Assembly: GCA_034660415.1 (NCBI GenBank)
Contig: JAYEJE010000200.1
Span: forward strand, 1 to 32,285
Source: Methanobacteriota archaeon
GTDB lineage: Archaea; Halobacteriota; Syntropharchaeia; Alkanophagales; Methanospirareceae
Length of the DNA: 32,285 nucleotides
Direction of reading: 5' to 3'
Shown in pieces: positions 6,645-15,555 of the stretch; positions within the stretch are counted from its first letter, which is position 1, and each line of letters starts with the position of its first letter. The notes beneath the pieces were generated by a model. That model was not told the DNA's origin and made no database searches. It was given only the letters and a program-made list of their open reading frames with translations. A program made the translations under genes and the position numbers.

Positions 6645-8072
6645 ATGAGCGTAAAAGCGGTAGGGGATGCGTTAGCATCTCTTTTAGCTAACATCCCTAT
6701 GGTCGAACGCCCGAAAAGGCATGTTCCACTCAAGACAAAACTAGTATTTACTATCGCTATCCTCGTTCTCTATTTTGCTCTGAGTAATATTCCTCTCTTT
6801 GGATTATCGCCATGTTCGCTGGACCTCTTCGGCAGATGGCAAGCTATCTTCGCAGGTCAAAGATTCTCGCTGACCGCTCTAGGGGTTATGCCAATTATAG
6901 ATGCCGCGATTATCCTGCAGATCTTAGCGGGTCCAAAGATAATGAAACTCGACTTAACAAAGCCAAAGGATAGGGCATTTTATTTGAACATGCAGAAACT
7001 GCTCGTTTTCTGCTTTGCTGTTTTCATAAGCTTTACATATGTTACGGGCTTTTATATGCCCGATCAGGGAATAGCATCACAACTTGGAGTACCATTGCAG
7101 GTTATCTCGTTCTTACTCTTCTTGCAGGTCTTCGTAGTCGGTATGCTGATATACTATATGGATGAGGTGGTATCGCGTTGGGGAATAGGTTCTGGTGTGG
7201 GCCTTTTTATTATTGCAGGCGTTACGCAACAATTAATTTCCGGATTTATATCCTGGGTCCCAGACAGAAGCGGCTTTGCTGTGGGTGTGATTCCAAGAGG
7301 GATAGAAATAGTGCAGCAAGTACCGGCATACGAGATATGGGAAGGTGGAATAGTTTTCCTTTTCCAGCAGCACTTAATAGCGCTTATAACAACTATCGCT
7401 CTCTTCTTCCTCTTGATCTACCTGTGGAGCGCTCGCATAGAGCTAAAAATAGCCAGTTTGTATTCAGGAAGGAAACGCGGTAGGATTAGATTTCCCGTTA
7501 AGTTTGTGCACTTCTCATATGCGATGATTATTCCTGCGGTATTATTGAATTTGGGAGGGCTATTGCTAACGAGCATACAGGGCATTGGTCGGATGCTTTA
7601 TTCTCAGGGTATTACTATTTTTGGGACCTATGAAGGGAACAATGCGGTGTCAGGCTTGATGTATTATCTTAGCCCAATTTATAGCCCCTGGGATTGGTAC
7701 CCTGCACTTGTGCTTCCGGGCATTGAAGGCTGGCAAATTGCGATAAGAGTTGCCGCCGAGATCTCAATAATGGTCGCAGGTGCAATGATAACCGCCCTAT
7801 TATGGCTAAAATTGACGCCTGGATTGGAAAACATGGACATAAGAATAATGATCCGTAAATCAGGTCGTCCAATTTACCGTTATAGTAGGAGTATAAAAGC
7901 GATACGGAGGGCGGTGGATAAGCGCATATTAAAGATTGCAATGCTGGGTTGTGCAGTTTTAGGTGCTTTGATTGTGATTGCGAATATGTTTGGCACTCTT
8001 GGTGGAGTAAGTGCAGCATATCTCATTATGGCTGTGAGCATTGTTTATGGTGTTTATGAAGAGATGATGTGA
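6645..8072 (+). CDS. secY: Second, divergent SecY paralog (tandem duplicate)
   Basis: Colinear with the upstream SecY over its whole length, uninterrupted 475 aa. Cytoplasmic loops 6/7 and 8/9, TM7 and TM10 are diverged and the C-tail is truncated. Confidence 0.9.
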   Translation: MSVKAVGDALASLLANIPMVERPKRHVPLKTKLVFTIAILVLYFALSNIPLFGLSPCSLDLFGRWQAIFAGQRFSLTALGVMPIIDAAIILQILAGPKIMKLDLTKPKDRAFYLNMQKLLVFCFAVFISFTYVTGFYMPDQGIASQLGVPLQVISFLLFLQVFVVGMLIYYMDEVVSRWGIGSGVGLFIIAGVTQQLISGFISWVPDRSGFAVGVIPRGIEIVQQVPAYEIWEGGIVFLFQQHLIALITTIALFFLLIYLWSARIELKIASLYSGRKRGRIRFPVKFVHFSYAMIIPAVLLNLGGLLLTSIQGIGRMLYSQGITIFGTYEGNNAVSGLMYYLSPIYSPWDWYPALVLPGIEGWQIAIRVAAEISIMVAGAMITALLWLKLTPGLENMDIRIMIRKSGRPIYRYSRSIKAIRRAVDKRILKIAMLGCAVLGALIVIANMFGTLGGVSAAYLIMAVSIVYGVYEEMM

Positions 8073-8078
8073 GATATT

Positions 8079-8954
8079 TCACCTTTTCAACTCTTCTGCA
8101 ACCATCTTAGCGATGCTTATCGCGCTAAAAGCGGATTCTATTGTATCCGTTGCGATTATCTCTTTGACTCCTGCTTTAAACATTCGTAGAGTCGCATTTT
8201 GCACAAAAAGGCCATGTATGCACGTAACATGAATGTCCGCTGCGCCCTGCGCTTTTAGCATAGTGGCAGCTTCTGCTATTGTGCCGCCGGTAGAGATGAT
8301 ATCATCTACGATGACAACATTCCTTTCTTCCACGCTCAACGCTCTCGGTGTTATTTCCACTTCCTCGCCGCTTATCCGCCGCTTATCCAGCACATCGTAA
8401 TCGAAGCTATGAGGTGCGGCAACTGCTTTCGCTAACTCACTCGCTCCGGCGTCTGGTCCGATTATCACCGGACGAGTTATTTCCTTCTTCGCTATGTAAT
8501 CACCAATTGAGAGAGATGCATCCAGATCCTTTGTATCTTTATCGAAATACTGCAATATGGCGTTATTATGCACATTAACTACATAAATCCTCTTTATAGT
8601 ATCAAGACACAAGCACCTTGCAACAGCCCTTGCACTTATCGCCTCGCCGGGTTTAAACTTCTTATCCTGTCTTCCATACCCTAGATACGGTATAACTACG
8701 GTTGTTTCATGCGCTTCTTCTACCGCATCTATCAATTGTAGCAAGCATATCAGGTCGGAATCTGTTATGATACTCTGGACGATGGTTACTTCTTCATCTT
8801 TTATGTCGTCTAATACTCGCGTGTATAGTTCGCCGTCTGGGAACCGCTTGAACTCGCATAACGAGACGTTACCGCCCAGTTCCGTTGCTATTCTCGCAGC
8901 CAGGAGCTGTGACGATATTCCGGGTATTATTTTCATCTTCTCTCTCTCACCCAC
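8079..8954 (-). CDS. prs: Ribose-phosphate pyrophosphokinase (alternative ATG start at 8936)
   Basis: FPDGELY, PYLGYGRQD, GPDAGA, VIVDDIISTGGT PRPP-binding motif. Confidence 0.96.
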   Translation of the reverse strand: MGEREKMKIIPGISSQLLAARIATELGGNVSLCEFKRFPDGELYTRVLDDIKDEEVTIVQSIITDSDLICLLQLIDAVEEAHETTVVIPYLGYGRQDKKFKPGEAISARAVARCLCLDTIKRIYVVNVHNNAILQYFDKDTKDLDASLSIGDYIAKKEITRPVIIGPDAGASELAKAVAAPHSFDYDVLDKRRISGEEVEITPRALSVEERNVVIVDDIISTGGTIAEAATMLKAQGAADIHVTCIHGLFVQNATLRMFKAGVKEIIATDTIESAFSAISIAKMVAEELKR

Positions 8955-9045
8955 ATTAGCCAGTGATTAACTTTTATACATTAACTTGAGTCGTCAACTA
9001 AAAAAATCAAATATATGCGATCAAAGAGAAATAGAAGAAAAGGAA

Positions 9046-10038
9046 ATGAAATACATCACCTTCTCCAAGAACATTTTCATACCTGTGACGAACGTATGCA
9101 GGAATGCATGTGATTATTGCGTGTTTAAAGCACGCAGCCTCGAAGAGGCTTACGTAATAGACAAGAAACAATTTTTAGAGATTATAACTAATAAAGGATC
9201 AGCGGCAGAAGCTCTTTTCACAGCAGGTGAAACGCCAGAACTCGCGAATTTATCACACTTCTTCATAGATCGCCTTAGCAGCTCGGGATGTTCTTCTCTT
9301 ATTGGATACACGAAAGAGCTGTGCAAACTCGCGATAAAACGCGGATTACTACCACATTGTAATTTGGGTGTGCTAAGTAGAGCGGAATTAAAGGAACTAC
9401 AACCAGTGAATGCGTCTATGGGCTTGATGCTTGAAACCACTGCAGAACTCGAAGCGCATAAGAACTCGCCGGGTAAAGATCCAAAGCTGAGATTGGAGAT
9501 GATAGAAGAGGCTGGTAGGCTCAAGATACCTTTCACTACGGGTATATTAGTGGGTATAGGCGAAGAAAAAGGCGACCATATTCGCGCTTTAGAAGCTATA
9601 AAATCGGTACATGAGATGTATGGGCACATACAGGAGGTTATTGTCCAGCCTTTCTTCCCTAAACCGTTCACGCCAATGGAAAACAAAAAGCCACCGAGTT
9701 TCGAGGAGCTGAAGGACGTTGTCCATGCAGCGAAAGAGATACTGCCGAATGAGATAGCGATACAGGTCCCGCCGAATTTGACTTCGCCTACGGAATTGAT
9801 AGAACTGGGTGCATCGGACCTCGGCGGGATAGCGGAGAAGACCATAGACTATATAAATCCCGAATCATCATGGCCACGAGAGGACGAACTCAGGAGAAGA
9901 GTTGCACCATATGAATTACGGGAACGGTTGCCCATCTATCCCAGGTATATCAAAAAGGGCTGGTATAGCGAGGAGATAAGGCCTTTGATAGAGCGATACG
10001 CAGATGAAGAGGGGTTGAAGAAGCGAGATGGATTTTGA
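9046..10038 (+). CDS. cofG: FO synthase subunit CofG (radical SAM, F420 biosynthesis)
   Basis: ITFSKNIFIPVTNVCRNACDYC, NASMGLMLET, IPFTTGILVGIGE, IQVPPNL, D.INPE..WP, LRERLPIYP. ATG at 9046 is preferred over the TTG at 8986. Confidence 0.94.
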   Translation: MKYITFSKNIFIPVTNVCRNACDYCVFKARSLEEAYVIDKKQFLEIITNKGSAAEALFTAGETPELANLSHFFIDRLSSSGCSSLIGYTKELCKLAIKRGLLPHCNLGVLSRAELKELQPVNASMGLMLETTAELEAHKNSPGKDPKLRLEMIEEAGRLKIPFTTGILVGIGEEKGDHIRALEAIKSVHEMYGHIQEVIVQPFFPKPFTPMENKKPPSFEELKDVVHAAKEILPNEIAIQVPPNLTSPTELIELGASDLGGIAEKTIDYINPESSWPREDELRRRVAPYELRERLPIYPRYIKKGWYSEEIRPLIERYADEEGLKKRDGF

Positions 10039-10090
10039 CGCTGGATCTTTTGTCTTTGATGAAAGGAAGTTGTATAACAAAATTAGTTAG

Positions 10091-10105
10091 GAAAATTTAT
10101 AAATA
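10091..10105 (+). promoter_or_regulatory. BRE/TATA-like element immediately left of the IS
   Basis: GAAAATTTATAAATA abuts the ACTAAC target duplication. Confidence 0.5.
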
Positions 10106-10110
10106 CTAAC

Positions 10111-11446
10111 GGTTGAGTTTGATATAGAAGTGGGACACTCTTGCATGTGAAAGGAGTGTCTGAAATGAACAAAAAGTTATTAATATTTAAACGTAAGAAG
10201 GCAAAAGAACTACACGAGAAAGGCAGGAGTAACCGCGAAATAGCACGTCAGCTACTGGCGAGCAAAAACAGTGTGGGTAAATGGGTGCAGATGGATGAAG
10301 GCGAAATATCAAGCGACAACAGAGGCTGGGAAAAGGGGAAATCGAGAAAATACACGCCTGAAACAAAACAGCAAATTATAAAAATAAGAAAAGACTTGGA
10401 GAAAGAAGACAGTTATTTTATCGGTTCAAAGGTGGTAAAGAAAAATTATGAAAAGCAGACGGGCGAAAAAGTCTCAAAGTCATATGTAGACGGTGTGTTG
10501 AAGGAGGCGGGAATGGTGAAAAGCCCGGAAAAGAAGAGAAAGGGGCGGAGCAAATACATGAAATATCCTGAACATACGCTGACCAAATTAGGCAAAACCA
10601 TGATGAGCATTGATTTTATCGGTCCGAGGTATCTCAAAGGCTCTGACAACAGAATTAATTTTCTCGCATGCGAATACATCCGCCCGGAAAAAAGGGGCAT
10701 AGTAAAAAGAATTGAGGGACAGACTACTGAAGAGACAATAACGGCATTGAAAGAGATCTGGAAGACGCACACCATTCCGAAAATATTGAAAATAGACAAT
10801 GATTCCGCATTCGGGGCTAATTTGTCGCACGATAGGCACATTGGCAAACTTGCATTTTTCCTGCTTAATCTGGGTGTTTATCCTTTGTACGTAGCTCCGA
10901 GAAGCCCGTGGAATAACGGGGAGGTGGAAGGATTTAACAGCGTCTTTTCAAAGAAATTCTGGAATAAACTGCAATTCAGCGATGAACAGGAGATTGACGT
11001 CAAGATCAAGGATTTTAACGTCGCTTATGAGAAATATTCGCGGTTAGTTTCAAATAATCCGGAACTCAAAGAGAAGGACATTAAGTATATAGACGATTTC
11101 AAGGACGTGAATCTAGAAAATAAGTATGTCGAACATTTCAAGGCGGACAAAATCTATTTTTTACGGATTGTGAGGCGAAAAAGCGATAAGGGCAGCGATA
11201 AAGAATACGGATTCATTGACATTCTGAAGCATGAGATAAAAATACCAAAAGACTTGATCAACTTGTTCGTATTTTGTGTGTTGGATCTTAAATTAAAGCT
11301 TCTTAAGATTAATATCGAGCTGGATGATGGGTCTTTGAAAGAGGTAAAATCAATAGCATTCGTAATAAAAAATGTTATATATAATCGAGCATAGTTAATA
11401 ACATAGAGATGTATCTGAGTGTCCCACCTTCATTCCAAACTCAACC
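10111..11446 (+). mobile_element. Complete insertion sequence (1336 bp), DDE integrase-core type (IS481/ISNCY-like; family uncertain)
   Basis: 30-bp TIRs: GGTTGAGTTTGATATAGAAGTGGGACACTC (10111-10140) against the reverse complement of 11417-11446 (25/30). Direct repeat ACTAAC at 10105-10110 and 11447-11452. Confidence 0.93.
10165..11394 (+). CDS. Transposase: N-terminal HTH plus rve-type DDE domain
   Basis: HTH SNREIARQL..SKNSVGKW. DDE motifs SIDFIG / IDNDSAF / SPWNNGEVEGFN. ATG at 10165 follows an AAGGAG RBS. Confidence 0.9.
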   Translation: MNKKLLIFKRKKAKELHEKGRSNREIARQLLASKNSVGKWVQMDEGEISSDNRGWEKGKSRKYTPETKQQIIKIRKDLEKEDSYFIGSKVVKKNYEKQTGEKVSKSYVDGVLKEAGMVKSPEKKRKGRSKYMKYPEHTLTKLGKTMMSIDFIGPRYLKGSDNRINFLACEYIRPEKRGIVKRIEGQTTEETITALKEIWKTHTIPKILKIDNDSAFGANLSHDRHIGKLAFFLLNLGVYPLYVAPRSPWNNGEVEGFNSVFSKKFWNKLQFSDEQEIDVKIKDFNVAYEKYSRLVSNNPELKEKDIKYIDDFKDVNLENKYVEHFKADKIYFLRIVRRKSDKGSDKEYGFIDILKHEIKIPKDLINLFVFCVLDLKLKLLKINIELDDGSLKEVKSIAFVIKNVIYNRA

Positions 11447-11448
11447 AC

Positions 11449-11465
11449 TAACAATTAGATTGTTA
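11449..11465. promoter_or_regulatory. Perfect inverted repeat TAACAAT-TAG-ATTGTTA, operator-like, upstream of gad
   Basis: 7-bp perfect arms with a 3-bp spacer, about 70 nt before the gad ATG. Confidence 0.4.
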
Positions 11466-11532
11466 CCTTATTTATAATAGAATAAGCATCTGTAGGTGAC
11501 ATAGAGATATGAGGAAAGGAGGTGAATGAGTT

Positions 11533-12934
11533 ATGATCTCGAAGAAAGTGGACCTGGAACAACTCGAAGAATCAAAAAGGGGGCATGCTAGCACGTACAG
11601 CACCAGATATTTTACAGAAAGTGTGCCGAAATACGAAATCCCAAAAAGTGGCATGCCTGCCAATGCTGCGTATCAACTGGTGAAGGATGAGGTAAGCCTC
11701 GATGGCAATCCCGCCCTTAATCTATCGAGCTTCGTCACCACCTGGATGGAGCCGGAAGTGGATAAACTCATCATGGAAAACATCAACAAGAACTTTATTG
11801 ACCACTTCCAATATCCACAAACCGAGGTCGTCCATGAGCGCGTGGTGAACATGCTGGGGCGCTTGTTCAATGCGCCGGAGGAGACTACCTTCGCTGGTAC
11901 CGCGACCATTGGCTCTTCCGAAGCTATCATGCTCGGGCTACTCGCGCATAAGTGGACGTGGAAGAAGCGCCGCCAGGCTGGGGGCAAGCCCTATGATAAG
12001 CCGAATATTGTTTTCGGGGCTGATGTCCACGTCTGCTGGGACAAGTTCGCCAAGTATTTCGATGTCGAGGCGCGGATCATTCCGATGGAGCTCGACCGTT
12101 ACACAATCACCGCGGAGACCGTTGCCGAGCGGATTGACGATAATACTATCTGTGTCGGTGCAATCTTGGGGACAACATTCACCGGTGGAGCGGATCCGAT
12201 CAAGGAGATCAGCGCTCTGCTTACAGAGATTAAAGAAACAAAAGGATGGGACATCCCCATTCATGTCGATGCAGCCAGTGGCGGCTTCATTACACCGTTT
12301 GCCAATCCGGAACTCGAGTGGGATTTCCGACTGCCCCAGGTCAAGTCGATCAACGTCTCTGGCCACAAATATGGATTAGTTTATCCAGGTCTGGGTTGGC
12401 TGGTTTTCCGCGACCACAGCGACCCACCCGAGGATCTGATATTTTACGTGAACTATCTCGGTGACGAGATGCCGACCTATACCCTAAATTTCTCCAAAGG
12501 CGGTGCCATGATCCTGGCGCAGTATTACAACCTGCTACGATTTGGCCGAAGGCTACACGGGAATTGCGATGAACCTTCTGGAGAACGCTCGTTATCTCGC
12601 TAAACGTTTGGCAGATTCGGGAAAATTTGAGATGCTGAACGCCGCCAATCTTCTTCCGATTGTTACGGCCAAGTTGAAGGAACCGGTGAACTACACTGTT
12701 TTCGACCTCTCGCACAAGCTTCGCGAACGAGGATGGATTCTTCCTGCCTATACATTGCCACCGAATGCAGAACGTATCGCCATCCTGCGCATGGTAGTAA
12801 AGGAGAACTTCAGCCGAGACATGGCAGATATGCTCTTTGACGACATTATGAATGCGTGCGAGATTCTCGAAGGAACCAAGACCAAAGTAATTGTACCGCG
12901 AAGATCTGTGCGTGAGGGACACCATGTCACCTAA
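11533..12934 (+). pseudogene. gadB: Glutamate decarboxylase (PLP group II), frameshifted near 12550
   Basis: [42 protein letters not shown] (PLP lysine), [10 protein letters not shown] in one frame. [10 protein letters not shown]...LRERGWILPAY...LRMVVKENFS continues in another frame. Strong GGAGGTGA RBS. Joined length is about 467 codons. Confidence 0.85.
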
Positions 12935-13904
12935 AAAACTGATGTTTAAAACTTCTACTTACGCATCCGTACCTGAATATGGAGAAGGTCTGCGTCTTGG
13001 AATCTATCAGGCGCAGGCGGCATACGGACCCGGTGCCTCGACCAAGAACCTGGACAGGTTGGAAGAAGTCGCTCGTATCGCTAAGGAACGAGGAGTGCAG
13101 TTGCTGTCCTTTCCAGAGCTATATGTTCCTGGCTACACTTTGAGCCCCAAGGAAGCCCGAAAAGTTGCCGAATTCGTAGACGGCCAAAGCATCACAAGAG
13201 CTTGCAGGATAGCGAGCGAACATAAAATGGCCATGCTTGTGCCCTATGCGGAAAAAGCCAAAGTGGATGGGCAAATCAAATATTACGACTCCATTGCGGT
13301 AATCAATGAAAAAGGCAAGCTGGTAACCAGTTACAAAAAAACCCATTTGTATGGTCAGCAGGAGCGTGAAGACTGGTCCTTCGGGAGTGATCCACCCCCA
13401 GTATTCAAAGTGTTCGACTTCCCTGTCGGTATTCTCAACTGCTATGAGAATGAGTTCCCAGAGCTTTCTCGAATGCTCGCCCTCAAAGGTGCCAAGCTCA
13501 TTGTAGGACCAACTGCTGCGGACTGTTATTATACTCTACCCAACGGCAATCGCAGTGCTGTTCCATATCCCGACATTTCAACTCTCGTGCTTCCAGCCTT
13601 TGCATATACTAATAACGTGTTCTATGCATATTCCAACCGTGCAGGATATGAGAAACGAGATTCAAACCAATGGCACTATCGCGGCAACAGTATCATTATC
13701 GGACCTCACGGTGACATCATTGTTCAGGCCAATCATCCACAGGACACGTTGCTTATTGCTGACTGCATCCCGGGGTACTATGGGATGACCCATCCAGCGG
13801 TCAACCATAGCTACCTCAAGGACAGGCGGCCGAGTATGTATAAGCAGATCACAGTGCCAGAGGCCGATTTCATCAAAGGAGGATGGAAGTACCCCCACAT
13901 ATAA
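12924..13904 (+). CDS. Nitrilase / carbon-nitrogen hydrolase family amidohydrolase
   Basis: Glu-Lys-Cys triad: FPELY, YKKTHLY, ILNCYENEFPE; C-terminal YLKDRRP. ATG at 12924 overlaps the gad 3' end. Confidence 0.9.
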   Translation: MSPKKLMFKTSTYASVPEYGEGLRLGIYQAQAAYGPGASTKNLDRLEEVARIAKERGVQLLSFPELYVPGYTLSPKEARKVAEFVDGQSITRACRIASEHKMAMLVPYAEKAKVDGQIKYYDSIAVINEKGKLVTSYKKTHLYGQQEREDWSFGSDPPPVFKVFDFPVGILNCYENEFPELSRMLALKGAKLIVGPTAADCYYTLPNGNRSAVPYPDISTLVLPAFAYTNNVFYAYSNRAGYEKRDSNQWHYRGNSIIIGPHGDIIVQANHPQDTLLIADCIPGYYGMTHPAVNHSYLKDRRPSMYKQITVPEADFIKGGWKYPHI

Positions 13905-14003
13905 AAATGGCCAAGAAATCAGCATAGAGTCACAAACACCTGTACTTGAGGCCTCAATGAAATGACACCATCTCCTTCAACACCTGCACCAACTACAACT
14001 CAC

Positions 14004-15425
14004 CTAAAATTCACTTTCTATCTTGTCCCGCAGCAATCTACTAACTTCTTTTGGGTCCGCTCTACCCCTTGTATGCTTCATTACTTGCCCGACTAAGAAA
14101 TTCAAAGCTTCCTTTTTTCCCGCTTTATAATCCTCTATTACTCCTTCGTTATCCTTTAATACGCTATATATTGTCTTTTCCGTCTCTTCCGAACCCATAC
14201 TTGCCAGACCTTTTATCTTGATTATCTCTTCTGGCTTACCGCCCTTATCAAGCATCGCCCTTATTATCGCAGTCGCCCCTCGCTCGGTAATCACACCCTG
14301 CACCAAATATCGCAAGATGGTGACGAAATCATCGTGAGAAATCCTTTTTGACGCTTCGCGCATTGAACTAGAGCGATAATTCAGTTCGCCCTTCAAAACA
14401 TCAGCAATCCACGTAGCACTTAACCGTGGATCTATTTTAGACGCTACATCTTCATAGTAATCCGCTATATGTGGATCGTAAATGAGCGAACTCGCATGTT
14501 CCGGGGTGATAGAATATTGAGCGAGGAATCGCTTCCTCTTTTCGTCCGGGAGTTCAGGTATCTCCTGCTTCACCGCTTCTACACTATCCGAAATGCAAAT
14601 AGGTACGAGATCGGGCTCTGGGAAATAGCGATAGTCATGCTCAAACTCCTTCGTACGCATGGAAAGTGTTACGCCACGCACTTCATCGTAATGTCGCGTC
14701 TCCAGCCGGACATTAAGTCCTCGGCGCAACAAATTCTTCTGCCGCGTTATCTCGAACAATAACGCACGCTCCACACCCTTATATGACGATATGTTCTTTA
14801 CTTCTGCCCTATTGCCCCCTTCAATGGATATATTCGCATCAACTCGCATTGCACCTTCCAAATTGCCATCAAACACGTCTAAATACTCCAGTATGCTCCT
14901 CAACTTACCTAAAAATATCCGTGCCTCTTTCGGCGACTTGAGGTCGGGCTCGGTTACTATCTCAACTAACGGCATTCCCGACCGGTTATAATCAACAAGC
15001 GAATATTTCGCGGTATCTATCGTACCTTTATAAGCCAGCCTACCTGGGTCTTCCTCCATGTGCACGCGCGTTATCCGTATCTCGCGCTCTTTACCTCCAT
15101 TACTTTCTATTCGCACCAAGCCATTAAAAGCGATGGGGAAATCATATTGCGTGATCTGGAACCCTCTGGGGAGGTCGGGATAATAATAATTCTTTCGGTA
15201 GAATATAGTTTCCTCTTGCACTTCACAGCCCAAAGCAAGCGCTATTTTTATTGCATATCGGATTGCACGTTTGTTCACGACCGGCAAAGCGCCGGGTAAG
15301 CCTAAACAGGTTGCACAGACATACGTGTTTGGCTCAGCGTTATGATAGTCTGTAGAGCAAGAGCAAAACAATTTAGATCTTGTAAGAAGTTGAGCATGGC
15401 ATTCCAAACCAATTTTCACATCCAT
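14004..15425 (-). CDS. gatB: Asp-tRNA(Asn)/Glu-tRNA(Gln) amidotransferase subunit B
   Basis: IGLECHAQL, RKNYYYPDLP, HMEEDPG, DYNRSGMPLVEIVTEPD, DYRYFPEPDL, FLVGQVMK.TRGRADP. Confidence 0.98.
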   Translation of the reverse strand: MDVKIGLECHAQLLTRSKLFCSCSTDYHNAEPNTYVCATCLGLPGALPVVNKRAIRYAIKIALALGCEVQEETIFYRKNYYYPDLPRGFQITQYDFPIAFNGLVRIESNGGKEREIRITRVHMEEDPGRLAYKGTIDTAKYSLVDYNRSGMPLVEIVTEPDLKSPKEARIFLGKLRSILEYLDVFDGNLEGAMRVDANISIEGGNRAEVKNISSYKGVERALLFEITRQKNLLRRGLNVRLETRHYDEVRGVTLSMRTKEFEHDYRYFPEPDLVPICISDSVEAVKQEIPELPDEKRKRFLAQYSITPEHASSLIYDPHIADYYEDVASKIDPRLSATWIADVLKGELNYRSSSMREASKRISHDDFVTILRYLVQGVITERGATAIIRAMLDKGGKPEEIIKIKGLASMGSEETEKTIYSVLKDNEGVIEDYKAGKKEALNFLVGQVMKHTRGRADPKEVSRLLRDKIESEF

Positions 15426-15468
15426 TTGTTTCTCTCCGGTCTCATTTTTTTTTTATACAAAAAACCCC

Positions 15469-15519
15469 TTTCTTTGGTAAAACGTTTAAAACTTTTTGAA
15501 AGAAAGGTTTTTTATCAAA
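15469..15519. repeat. 45-bp dispersed intergenic repeat, copy 2, with imperfect dyad symmetry
   Basis: TTTCTTTGGTAAAACGTTTAAAACTTTTTGAAAGAAAGGTTTTTTATCAAA; TTTGGTAAAA...TTTTATCAAA are near-inverted. Confidence 0.8.
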
Positions 15520-15555
15520 TAAGTTTTTATGTCTGGAATAAAAAGGTAAAGTAAA

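Noticed and set aside
12542-12934. Separate 130-aa gene
   Set aside because: It is the out-of-frame C-terminal part of glutamate decarboxylase.
13946-13957. Perfect 12-bp palindrome TTGAGGCCTCAA between the convergent amidase and gatB genes
   Set aside because: Single occurrence with no loop or U-tract; plausible by chance.
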